Of a stretch of 64,000 nucleotides of DNA, positions 26,251 through 39,000 are shown one piece after another. This DNA comes from Ruditapes philippinarum (taxonomy: Eukaryota): assembly GCF_026571515.1 (NCBI RefSeq), contig NW_026854510.1:62001-126000 (forward strand), read 5' to 3'. The first letter of the stretch is position 1; each line of letters begins with the position of its first letter. A program made the translations under genes and the position numbers. The notes under the pieces are model-generated. The model did not search any database, was not told where the DNA came from, and saw only the letters and a program-made list of their open reading frames with translations.

Positions 26251-27660
26251 ATGACAACAGCAACAGATGCCGCCACTAAGGTAATTATCTTCTCAAAAAT
26301 AGTAATTTGTATCCTAGGTTTTAGCGAGGGTAAGGGAGCAACATTAAACGACCAAACCTTACGCCTTTTTGAGTCTCGCCCGTCCTTCCGTCTATTCATC
26401 CCACATTTAAGTTAAAAAGTATTTGAAATATGAACTTGAATTTCATAAGTAAACACAAATAAAAAGGGGAATGCAGTGCACAAGAATAACAACTACCTTT
26501 CATATTTTTGAATAATTTACCTGTGTTATTTTTCATTTTTGCTCGGAGCATAATCCAAACAGTATTTTGGATATATATTCTTTTTCTTCTTGGGCGGATA
26601 AATCTCATTCAGGAGCAGCACGATGCGAGAACGATAATTCTACATTTCAAAATGTTATTTTTCATGGCCTTCATTTTTGTCCGTAGCATCACTCCAAAAG
26701 TGTTTGAAATATCAACTTGAAACTTCATAGATCGGAAGATGTCTTTGAGAAAGGGTGCAAATGACATGACAAGATTTTTAACCCTCCACTGCATTTTTTT
26801 TTATTTTTCATTGACACTTTTTTTCAACAAATATAGCATTCATAACTTTCCAGCTCACACTTGTTTAAAAATAAAATTGCAATAAAGGTAAATCCGTAAG
26901 TTATTTCAAAATGAAAAGAATTGCAAGATAATAAACAACACGCATTATGTTTTAAGTCGAGTGATTTTTTTAAGATTATAATAATTTCTGTATTTCAGTC
27001 TACGGTCAACTGTTTTCTGATTTCAACATAATTAAGATAATGACTTTGATATTACAGTTGCCGTTAAAACCTACTCCAGAAGGGCAGAAGGACGACGTGT
27101 TCACAGAATGGAGGAGCAGGAAGGCATCGATTAATGCTTCGAGTGGTTTAAAACCGCCAGGAGATCTTTCCAGTCGACGGAAGTCAAACCTGCGTGATTT
27201 GACAAACCACTTAAAAGCTGGAGGAGCTGGGTTGAGAAGATTAACAATGTCCTTACGTGCAAAGTCAGACATTTCAGCAGATATGTTGAAGCCTGTAGTA
27301 AAGAAAGAGAACACATACAGAATGCGGCCTGACGAAGATAAAGGGTTCTCTGCTGCTAAAGTAGAAAAATGCGTGAAAGAGCTGTTTGAGGACGAATTTG
27401 AGGACGTAGTATACAGTCACGACACTTGCAGCAAACTCTCGTGCGAAATTTCAGAAAGGGTCAAAGAAAGGGTCAAAGAATTGAATTTTCCACGTTTTAA
27501 GATTGCAGTAAATGTGATGGTCGGTCAGGTAGATGATCAGGGGTTGGAGGTGGTCAGTCGTTGTGTATGGGATGATAAAATTGATAGCAGCGTGTGTGTT
27601 ACCTACAAAAACAAATCTTTATTTGTCATCGCGCTTATTTTTGGTGTATATTTTGAATAA
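26251..27660 (+). CDS. TCTEX1D-like: Tctex1-domain dynein light chain (TCTEX1D/DYNLT5-type), gene B, 2 coding exons (26251-26280, 27058-27660), 210 aa
   Basis: Exon 1 MTTATDAATK|GTAATT; acceptor ATTACAG|TTG is in frame with the 27040 ORF. Tctex-1 domain KENTYRMRP...PRFKIAVNV...GLEVVSRCVWDDKID...IFGVYFE. Confidence 0.93.
26319..26800 (-). mobile_element. Degenerate HINE-like element with ~160-bp satellite monomers in intron of Tctex1 gene B
   Basis: Reverse-complement matches to the 59.7-62 kb monomer (GTGCACAAGAATAAC, TTTGTCCGTAGCAT, ATATCAACTTGAAACTTCATAGAT) plus a CCGTC microsatellite remnant. Confidence 0.65.
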
Positions 27661-28056
27661 TGTTCACTTTTGACGTTCAATAATGTAACGTTACTCTGTT
27701 TTAATGCTGTTTCTTGTTTTCTAAGAAAAAGGAGACAAAATGCATTTCTTCATATTGTATTTATAATTGTATGATCGTTTGGAAACCTTTCTGTTTAAAA
27801 TGTTTAAGAGATAAATCGTATACATGTACATATACATGCATAGTGCGTTAACTGGAGTGCAGGTATTAGCTTTCCGCTGTCAAGAGCATGCTCGTTGAAT
27901 TGCTTTATTTTTTCTGGGCGTCATTTATTGCGACGACGGGGAAAGAAACAATAATAGAAAAGTCATATTCAGATGCTCGTTCATTGGTTTCTTTTATCTG
28001 GTGTTTCATATTGTGATGACAGGGATTTTATTTTTGTCTATGATAAAGAGAAAAAA

Positions 28057-28134
28057 CATCAAACACTCAACAATCTGATTTCTACTCGGGGGCTACGTCC
28101 CCTCGTACAAATCAGATAGCCCCGTGTTTTGATG
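28057..28134. repeat. Imperfect ~80-bp hairpin, probable transposon remnant
   Basis: CATCAAACAC...ATCTGATTT.TAC.CGGGGG-CTACG-TCCCCTCGTACAAATCAGAT...GTGTTTTGATG. Confidence 0.55.
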
Positions 28135-28668
28135 CTCTTTCTTTTACTTGTGTCGTCGGGCAAATAGATGATTTAGGTAAATGACTACACCTACAACAAT
28201 TGTTTAGTAATTATAACATATTTGAATATCTATTTTTATGAAATTACTGGCATAAACTTAAACGGTGCCTAGAAAGTTAATAGTGCTCTTTTTATGTGCT
28301 TGTTTTAAAAGTGCTGCTCAGACTAAGTGTTACATTCTTCATAACAGTCTTTTACTCCAGTTTTATATTTCTGTTTATTTTAGGTTGTTATTTGTCATGT
28401 ATTTACGCTAAGAACCATTGTTAAGAAAAGGTGTAATTATATCAAATTGCATGCATATTTCATTGAGGAAGAAATATTTTACCAAATTAATTAAATCACA
28501 ATTTAAACAACTGACGTCTTATTTATAAATAATAACAATTAATTCTCTGAGGGACATTTAGTAATTTTGTTTTACAAATCAGCTGATGGGAGTTTGGTCG
28601 AGGGCCATTTGTCCTACTATTTTCAATGCGGTACCTTATACCCCTTATTACATCTTTACATCTATCTA

Positions 28669-28889
28669 GACCGCCTCCGTGGTCGAGGGGTTAGAGTCGA
28701 TGACTTCTAATCCAGTTACCTCTCTGGCGTGGGTTCGATCCCCGGGAGATGCTTTGGTAGTTTAGCGCGGAGGAAGGTAGTCTAGTACTGGTGTAACTCT
28801 CCAGGAACGATGGTTAGGAAACTTACCCGCCTATATGACTGAAATACTGTTGGAAAAAAGCGTAAAATAAAACAAACAAACAAACAAAA
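28669..28889 (+). mobile_element. tRNA-derived SINE (family S1) with (AAAC)n tail
   Basis: A box TGGTCGAGGGG, B box GGTTCGATCCC, tail TATATGACTGAAATACTGTTGGAAAAAAGCGTAAAA(AAAC)n. TSD ACATCTATCTA at 28658-28668 and 28890-28900. Second copy at 59323-59544. Confidence 0.92.
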
Positions 28890-28998
28890 ACATCTATCTA
28901 GAAACACTCAAATACGGTTGAAACTTGAAACATCGAGGACAAAATCGGTGTCTCATTGAATATATTTCATTATCAGTATTTGAGCCGCTTGTCGGTGT

Positions 28999-29205
28999 GA
29001 CGGCGGAATGGCCGAGTGGTTAACGCGTCGGACTAGTAATCTAATGATCGCTAGCCGCATGGGTTCAGACCCCGTCAGGGGCATGTCGTTGTTTCCTTCA
29101 GCAAGAAACTTTACACTCATTGCTCAGTACTGGTTGGTTCCAGGAACGGATTCGAAAGTGTGTCTATAAGCTAATAGCTTCCTACACCATCGAACTAAAA
29201 TAAAT
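28999..29205 (+). mobile_element. tRNA-derived CORE-type SINE
   Basis: A box TGGCCGAGTGG, B-box-like GGTTCAGACCC, CORE-like GTTGTTTCCTTCAGCAAGAAACTTTAC, 3' region shared with the SINE at 14457-14869. Confidence 0.8.
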
Positions 29206-29607
29206 TCTGTACAAGGTTAGCTTTTAAAAAAGCTAGTAGCGACTCGCTTCGTAATTTCTTTCCAGGGGCGTGTTTAAATGTAAAAATGACAGTTCTGTTA
29301 GCTGAAAAGACTTCAGCGAACATCAAAATATAGTGACATATAAAGTTAAGGAAGCCAGTTCTCTCAGTCTCTCAGTTTAACAAAGAGGAATATGAGTATA
29401 TATGAATTAAGATGTAAACAGATAGAATGAAGTCCCTATGTCTACGCACATTTACTAAATGGCCTGTTGACCTTGACCAGAAAAAAAATAGATAAGTAGA
29501 ATTCATAAAAATGTCTCTTTATACGAAGTTAAGTTGTAATATGTTATTTAGTATTGGAATAAGTGACAGATACAAGTCCTGAAGTAAACACAAGTTGTCT
29601 ATCAATT

Positions 29608-30057
29608 CAGCCAGAAAAGCCGGGATCCTATTAAAAAAATAGGATCCCGGAAATTGACCAGTTCAAGAATATAGTTTTCAGAAAAGCCGGGATCATATTA
29701 AAAAATTAAGAGATCCAAGGAATTGGACAGTTCAAGAATATTGTTTTCAGAAAAGCTGGGATCGTATATAGGGATCCCGGGATTTGACAAATTCAAGAAT
29801 ATAGTCTTTGATTTTTCCAATTAATTAGGCATATAATTATAAGTATTGTGATTTTGTTAATAAATAGCTCTAAATATATCTATATCCTAAGTTAAATCAA
29901 TTTAACTTTCATTACATACAATAAAAAAACTTAACGTTTAATGGCCTTTCATTACGACAATAATCAACACAAATATCGTTTATTAGTTTTTTCCCTTATT
30001 ATCGTATACGATCCCGGATCCCGGGCGTCCCGGATCCCGGCCAGTAAATACAGGCTG
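29608..30057. mobile_element. DNA-transposon remnant with ~63-bp subterminal repeats (hAT-like end)
   Basis: Three CAGAAAAGCCGGGATC...TTCAAGAATAT units on the left; inverted GATCCCGG motifs and terminal AATACAGGCTG on the right. No TSD seen. Confidence 0.4.
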
Positions 30058-33043
30058 TGACTAAAAAAAGGATTGGAGCACCACACTAAATACCGTATTC
30101 CGGTATATACCGGACAAGGCGCTTGAATGATAAAATGCTAAAATCGTGTCTTTTTACCCAACGGAATGAACTTTGACAGGTCTAATTCATCTTTTCACAC
30201 CGAATCAAGTACGATAATCAAGGAAAAATGTAAAATTCGGCGAAAAAAACGATATTTGACTATTTTGTGATCATGATTTCTGCAAGCGTCTAGAGGTACT
30301 GCTCCAGTCCTGTATTGAGCTAAATCCGTAAATACATACACTAAATACCGGAAAGGATAAAATGACCGGAAAAAAGGAAAAAGAAAAAAATGCACAGAAC
30401 CAGATGTCGTTTATGTTAATTAAACAAACGAAAACTTACTACAGAGTAAACAGGACTGGTGAAATCGCTAAATCAAAAGTCAGTGTAAATATGATTTACT
30501 GAAAAGAATCCATGAAAACAAACATTTTAATCATCAATATATCTTTGCGCTCAAAACAATACTTGCTGCTTTTTAAAAATGGCGTGAAAATTGAAGGTTT
30601 TTTGACGCTATATAAGATCAAATTTGATTGGCTAAATAATTTTGGATCCTAGCCCTGATAGATAAATTTTGTAGAAAGCTGGAAGCTAAGCTTCGATTAA
30701 ATTTTTGGATTGATTCGGAGTTTTAGGTTGTTTCTCAGTAAAATCCTATCGTAATACCGGCTCGCCGTGGCGAGCCGGCATAAACCAGTGTGACGGTATT
30801 GTACGATATGCACTATGAAATTAGAAATATGATACGAGTTTTTTTTTTTATTTGCATAGCCTTCAATTTTTGGCTTTCATCTAATGTAATTTACTTATAC
30901 CTGTACAAGTTAACGTGCCTGTATTTGTATTGTTTTTCTCTCTTTTTTATTATTGACAGTTGTCCATGGTCAGACCAATATCTCACATTAGTTGACACCA
31001 TTCTGACATATGTCAATTAGCTGTCAATATTATTTATAATGTGCTACATGTAGAATATAGTGCTATTTTAACCATAACATCATTAAATAACGGCAATAAA
31101 ATACGCCCTTATCTGCTTCCTTACACAATGTGATAATAGATGTACGCGATTTCTATACAAGCAACCTTGTTGGTTATATGCTGTGTGAATAAAAGATTTG
31201 GAAGGCTGGCAATTTTTCTTCGCATAAATCTATTTTTTTTCAGAATTGTTTTTCCCAATAAAGTGTATTCTTTTTTCTCTTTAAAAATGTGGGCATTTTT
31301 ATAGAGCAATACTTGTTGTTGGCGAATCCGTAAATCATTAACTTACATTTGCAACAAAAAGCAAAGGAATATGATACTATATTTCAGCAAATTCATTTGA
31401 AAATACTAAAAGCTGTATATTTTGATAATGTACACATACAAGCAAGAATTTACCCACGCTTTGTGTAATATAATTTTAATTAATACTTTTACTTATGACA
31501 GATTCCTAATTTACAAAGCGAACAGAATATTTATTAACCGCCGCTCGAAACACAAAACCAAATTTCCTCCTTTTCATTACATTTGAAATATTTGCTTAAA
31601 TATTCTAATTTAAAATTATGGAGCTTCGCAGCTGCGAGTACAATTCTAAATTGCAACATATACATTTTTACATAGTGCGTCGAATACATCCTCGACAGTT
31701 CTTCGTTAAAATAAAAAAAAAAACTGTGGACCTTTCTGACTTTTGTCTTCCGACATTTCGGTGGGTTAAAATCATCTACGTTTTGCAGGGGGTAATTTCT
31801 ACTTTTTAATAAATGAGCTGTTTAAACGTTTACAAAAAACTCATTATTTTAAGCTTTATATATTTAAATTTCAGAGAAAGTAAATTATGTATAGCACAGA
31901 CAGATATTGTTCATGGCAGTAATGATGATAAAATCATTCAGGGTATGAAGAAGAAAAAATGAAAATCGTATACAAATTACACAGTTTATTTTCAAGTCAT
32001 ATTTAAAACATGTTAAATGTAGGCACTTAAATATATTTACAAATGTTATGTACATTAATGTACAATAGGGTCGTTTAACCAAGCATAGCAAGCATGCAGC
32101 AGCTAATAGAAACAAGTTATGGACATTAAATATATATATAAAACACGAAAGAAATGAACAAATTACAATACAAAATGTCATATATCTTTAAATCATAAAG
32201 TATGCTTTAGAATACATGTAATGAAAGCAAATATGTCCATTAACTTTGATAAAAAAGACTCATGCTATAACGCCTCTGAAATTGAAAGCATTGTTTTAAA
32301 AAATACAATCTAACGTTACGTTATTATGTTGTGAAGCATTGTGATAGCCAGCCCACCTTAACTTCTTTCTTTCTTAATGTGTGTATAAATGACTCCTTTA
32401 GGATATTTCCCTCAATGCTCAAGAGAAGCAAATAAATAAGGTCTGAATAACTTTGCTCTTTATATTACAATGATTGTTATATTTGGTAAAAATAGCATAT
32501 ATAATTCAATAACAAGTAAACAATTCTGCCTTTAAGATTTCATGCGACTTTCAAATTCTACTAGTTATATTTCAAGTGTCAATGATTTTGTGTTTAGGTT
32601 CACACACATAAGATATCACGGATAAGACATCCGTGTAACTATCTTTATCTCACATGAACAAAAACGACCCCCCCCCCTCGTTACTCCTAAATGTTAAAGT
32701 TATCTGGAAGATTGTAAGCTATGACTGATACGCGTTTGTCCATCTTGCAACGATAATAGATACATCATTTCTCAGTTTTCATTCATTTTCGGTAGAAATT
32801 CCAGCTTCGGTTCACACTCGTAAGTACACTTCCGTATTTCATAACCATATTATTAAAATTTCTTAAAATAAGTTATAGCTATATCTTTGTCTGAAATCAC
32901 ATCAAAAGAAGAATTCGAGTTTGTATACTACAAGAAAACCTTATGACACATCTAATGTGTAATGTTTGTATGCGACAATTTGTTGGATCAGCACTATATA
33001 AATATTTTATAACATAAACAACAAGAACAAATATGCACATCTA

Positions 33044-36000
33044 TCATAATTCAACATTGCCATTGCGAACATCTTCTGATTTGGCATCAGCACTTGAGCT
33101 GCCATTTACTTCCGGTGATCCACCGCCATTTTGTGTAACTGTGCTCCCTGGTACGTCGTTCATGGCCTCGTTATCAAATGCCTGATTCTGATGATTTGGT
33201 GCTTCAGCGTTATTTCCGCTTATGTTAACCTTTTCAGAACGCCTGAAAGAAAGTTTAATGCATTTATATAGTGTTAACGCACGTTTTTTCGTGTTATAAC
33301 GTCTGCAAAGTCCCGAGGAACGGTTGGTGCCCGAGCCCGGTAGGGCGAGGGCTTCAACAGTTCCGAGGGACTCTGCAGATTTTATTACACGACAAAAAAC
33401 GTGCGTTGACGCTATTATAGCATATTTTTAAAAAAAAATCGTGATGTATATTTAATGCAAAGCACATACATTAAATCCTTGTCCTTGGACGGTATTTATC
33501 CAATTCTACATGTTTTACGTATGCGTTTTATTTTTCCGGGGCCAACTACTTTTGAAATTCAAATGCTCAGAACCGTTCGAAAATTCGAATTTTAATTGAT
33601 TTAACAAAGCTTATCATTGGAGATTTATTAACTCAAGAATAAAAAACATTAAATTACTCTGCCCAAGATGAAACATGACCCTCAGAAATTCTTAGAATGA
33701 TTTCAGATTGACGGTAGAAAAAACATGATTTTATGCTATAATAAAAGTAATTTTATTCCAAATGTAGGATCACTGGGAAACGCCCTAAAACTAATATTAA
33801 CTTTTAAGTATGAAAACAAAAATTCATGAACATTTAAAGCTGCATACCTCCAGATGAGCCAAAATATTCCAAGAAAATTAGACATAGGCAAAATGTACTA
33901 AGATTGTAAGTAAAGTAAACAGATAAAAGATTCAAATGATAATTTATATCTTATGTGATTTTTTGCATTATTTATCACCATATTTCTACTACGTTACTTA
34001 CGCAGTAGGGGCTATTTTTGCATATTTTGACCCCTTTTTTGTAATTTACAAGGAGTATAAGTACCGATATGCAATGTGTCAATTACTTTCTTTGTTTACT
34101 TCACACTATTTTACTTTAAAATTTTCATGAACATAAGCATGAATCTGGAGGCATGCTGCTTCAAAAAAAATCTGGAAGCATATTCATACAATACATGTAT
34201 ATAAATATATATCAACAGAAAATGTATATGCTTAATCATTTAAATGAATGATGTTATTAAACATAAAAAGAATATATATGCCTCTACTGTGTAAGTTATC
34301 TAGTTATGTACTGAATATCAAGTGTTCTCCGAAATCAATTCAATAGTTAACAGGAAGTATTTCAGCGATTGACTTTAGTGCTACTAAAGATAATATTCGA
34401 TTAGAGATCGTGCAAATTGGACACTGGTACTGTAAACACGCTACCGACATATAAACTAAAATTTGCCAAGCCGCCAATAAACCATTACATACATATAAAT
34501 GACTAGACTTACCTTTTTCTTCCGTTATGACAAAATACTCCGATTACTACAGCTATTACTACGAGACCAACAATAGCACCGACAACAATTACTGAAATAT
34601 GAAAATATGCGTATTAATAGAAACCTATGTGCACATGTATTATAGTTAAACTTAGTTTTACAGCTGCACTTAGTTCTTAGATCTTTCATAAAGGATAATT
34701 TATACCTTGACAAGCACATTCTTTTACAACATTTATATTCTCTTTGTTATGACATTTCTAGTATGTCTATTCTGAATTGTAAAGGCAAGATTTAAATTCC
34801 ATTAATCAATAATTTTAGAAAGATGAATATATATCATATACAAATAACTTACTGTATGTGTCGTTATTCATATCAAACGCTGAACTTTTACTTTTTCCAG
34901 TGTCGAAAAAAACGTTCATTCCACTTTCACCAGCTTTATCAGGCATTGTTCGAGACGTATCTTCAACCAAAACTTTCCCCTCTACCATGTCCAAGTTTTT
35001 CTTTGGTGTAACTTGTTCATTATTGACTTCATTTGATGGAATCTTTGGAATAATAGGTTCAGGAATATCTTCGTTAACTGTACCACTTCTATCCTGTGTA
35101 TTAACGGCGGTCAACTTCGGAACAGAAGTTGACATATTTTCTACTGTCTTGTGTGTGGATGTACTAAATAATTCTGGAACCGATGGAGTACTTTCCTTTA
35201 TTCCAAGAATAATTTGCTTTTCGATGTCGGCTAAAACATCAGGAAGTACAGCAGTATCTGAAGATTCCGTTATGCTACCTATATTGTTAGGAATACCAGC
35301 ATGTACACTCTTAACGAATTCTCCTACAATCATATCTTCAACATTGTTTGAGGTAATATCTGTAGCTGAAGTCGTTTGTTTTTCCGTGAAACTGTCTGAT
35401 ATAGAACGTGTAGATGAAGGTTTAAGTGTTGTACGTTCGTATCTGTCAGTTTGAATATCTTCTCTAAAAGTATATGTGGTTGTTGGTATGAAAACTGTGG
35501 TTGGATTTGGCGTCTTTTGTGTTGTTGTTTTAACACTCCCTTGGATGATGTCAAAAGGCATTGCATCGGTGGAAGAAAGTACATTATGCTGATCAATGCT
35601 ATTGTCAATCATATATTCATTTACAATCCTGTCGGTACTTGTTGTTTGATCTGATAAAGCAGTCCCATGTAAATTGGACGAAGAAGATGAAATACTTGTA
35701 CTTGTTTCTTGACGTGCAACGCTTAGTAAATTAGTGTCCACAAGACCGGTAAATTTTGTATTCACATTTTCAGTAATACTGTCTGGTGTAGATTCCGTGG
35801 CGACATCTTGAATAGAGGTCTCACTTAGCCGATTAACAAATGATAACTGACTAACTTCACTGTCTATCAATATAGGAGTGTTTTCTCTTAAATTAATTTC
35901 AGATAAAGAAGTGTGTGTTGTGTCAAAGAATGATGCCTGCTCATCTGTATTGGTCAAAGTTTGTGTCATAATTTTTTTCTCTGATAAAGGTTCAACATTT

Positions 36001-39000
36001 GACAATGTTTCATTAATGTCATGGATGAATGTACCAACCCTTTCAGATTTGATAGCATCTGACATCTGTGTGTTGTCTGTAACGTTTGTTTCAAATGTAG
36101 ACTCATTTTGATGAGGAACAAAAGTAAAGTTATTAATGTCTCCTTCGCTTTGCACAGATGTTGCTCCAATTGCTGGAAACTCAAATGAATGTAAAGTTGC
36201 TGCTTCTCCAGCCAGATATTGCCCCTGGTCAATATTAGTTGATATTTGGGTCAAATTCATTTGGGGTGAATGCTCACTTTTTGATAAAATTTCATCACTG
36301 TGATGAATGAATGTCAAATTGTTAACATTTTCCATGACAACATCCGGCATTTGTGTTGGCGTGTTTTCTGTAACGTTTAATTCAGATATTGACTCGCTTA
36401 AACGATAAACCAATGTCATATTGTTAATGTCTGTTTCGTTTGTGACAGGTGTCGCTATACTTGCTGGAACATCAAATGAATAAGAAGCTGCTGTTTCCGC
36501 AGTCAAGTATTGTTCCTGCTCAATAGCATTAGATGATGTTTCAGTCAAGTTCATTTTTGGTAAATATTCATTTTTTGATAAAGTTTCATCAATGCGATGG
36601 ACAAATGTCAAATTACTGGTATCAACCTTTTCTGTGATAACATCCGGCATTTGTGTTGGTGTTATTTCTGTTACGTTTATTTCAGATACTGTCTCGCTTA
36701 AACGATGAACAAATGTCATACGGTTCATGTCGGTTTCGCTTTGAACTGTTGTCGCTAAACTTGCTGGAACATCAAAAGAATACGGTCTTGTTGTTTCATC
36801 AGCCAAATATGACCCATTTTCAATAATATTAGATGATGCTTGAGTCACGTTTATTTGTGGTAAATGTTCACTTTTATATAAGGTTTCGTCAATGTTATGG
36901 ACGAATGTTAAATTACTAGTATCAACATTTTCTGTGACAACATCTGGCATTTGTGTTGATGTGGTTCCGGTAACGTTAATTTCAGATACTGACTCGCTTA
37001 AGCGCTGAGCGATTGTCATATTGTTAACGTTTGTTTCGTTTTGCACTGGTGTCACTACATTTTCTGGAACGTCGAATGAATGAGAAATTGCTGTTTCATC
37101 AGCCAAATATTGTCCCTGTTCAACAACATTATTTGATGTTTCAGTCAAATTTATCTGTGGTAAATGTTCACTTTTTGATAAAGTTTCATCAATCCGATGA
37201 ACAAATGTCAAATTATCAGCTTTTAGCGTAACAACTTCCATCATTTGTGTCATTGTTTCCTCTGTAACGTTTATTTCAGGTACAGACCCATTCAGGCGAT
37301 GAGCGAATGCCATAGAATCAATAGCATCTTTAAGTATTGGTGCAGTTTCACTCGACGACAGACTTTCATCAGCTATTGTAGTCGCATCTGGAACAAATGT
37401 TCTTTGAGTAACACTTTCATCTTTAGTTTGATAAAGAACGTTATTTAAATTTTGTACATCTTCAATATGACTGTTTGTAAAGTTGTCAATAATTGCATCA
37501 GCAATATCTAGTATTGTGTCTGTCTTGTTGACATGATATGGGTCACTGATATTGTTTGTTATAGATAAATTACTAACATTCATTTCTCTTTTTTCTGGTG
37601 TAACTTTGTCAGAACCGTCGACAGGCAATGAAGTTTTTTCTGCAAAGGCAACTGCTTCTTGGTCAAACACCGTATCGGTTTGATTGAAATAAGACTCTGA
37701 AGTCCCATTGTTTTCATGTAATGCAGACAAATGATCTACAGTCTTATCTTGGAAAAATGTATATGCCTTGTCGAAAGAAGATCTCATAGATTCAGTTGCA
37801 TTTACTTCGTACATTGATATGTTACTTTGGTCGTGAGAAGCTTGTAAGGGAACGTTATTGTTATCAATAATTGGTATTGTTTCATTTGAAGATTCGATTA
37901 AACCAGAGTTGTGATCTGTGACAATGTCAGAACGATTTTCGACATTCTTTTCAACTGGCATTTTGTACGTAGAACTTTCAAAAGTGTTTCTCTTTTCGAA
38001 TCCAGTATTTGTGAACCTATTTTCAAATCCCGAAAAGTTACTTGCTTGAGATTCGGTGAATATATCCATTATTGATGCATCAGTGTCGTTTACTGTTGCG
38101 TTTTGACTTAATTGTTCTTTATCAATCAAATCTAGTGACCTTGGTGTTGTTCCCATGCTCAGAACTGTCAGTGGATCAGAGACGAAGTTCAGACTGCCAT
38201 TGAATGTGTCATTTAAGCTATCATTTGAGTCTTTCATGTGATTGGCTAAACTACCAACTGTTGATGATTCCATCAAGATATGGACATTTGTTTCTACATC
38301 ACTATGTAGTGTTTGGTTGTTTTGTTCATTTACCATTTCCTGTAATAATTCTTGTGAACGATTATTGACTGTTGGATCTGTCATTTCAAACTGAAATCCA
38401 GGAAGTGTTGTTGGATATAATTCATTACTCGTGACATTAACAACAGAATTACCACTGTCTTGCTTCGATTCATTTATAGTTTTATTTTCATTTTGAACTA
38501 TAAAATCACTTGACATTGGAAGCGTAGTATTTTCTGTTACATATGGAATTTTCATCGGTATATTTGCAATAATATCGATAGGTTCTGAGCTTTCCATAAT
38601 TAAACGTGCTTCGTTTGTTGTGTAAGGGGATGTACGTAATGCATTATTGGTAACTTCGGTACTGAGTAAAGTGTCATCAGTAGCATTGCTTTGAAAAGTT
38701 GATGATTCCAATGTTACAGCAAAATTGTTAGAATGATTGTCGAATTGTTGAATGTTCATGACACTATTATTAACAGCGTTTGTCTCAATAGAACTGATGC
38801 TTTTATTATTGACAAAACTGTTCAAATTAATATTTAGAATTAAAGTGTCATTTTCGTTGTGTGTTTTATAGGCATATGAACTTGTAAGATCATCAGTTGT
38901 GTTCTCTGTGCTTTGATTCGATAAGATCATCACTGGATCAAGAGCTGGAAATTTCAGTGAATAGTTGCTGTCATTAGCATCTGATGAGTTACTTGACATG

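Noticed and set aside
28669-29085. Two apparent tRNA genes
   Set aside because: The tRNA-like heads run into SINE bodies and tails, one has a TSD and a second copy, and the cloverleaves are imperfect.
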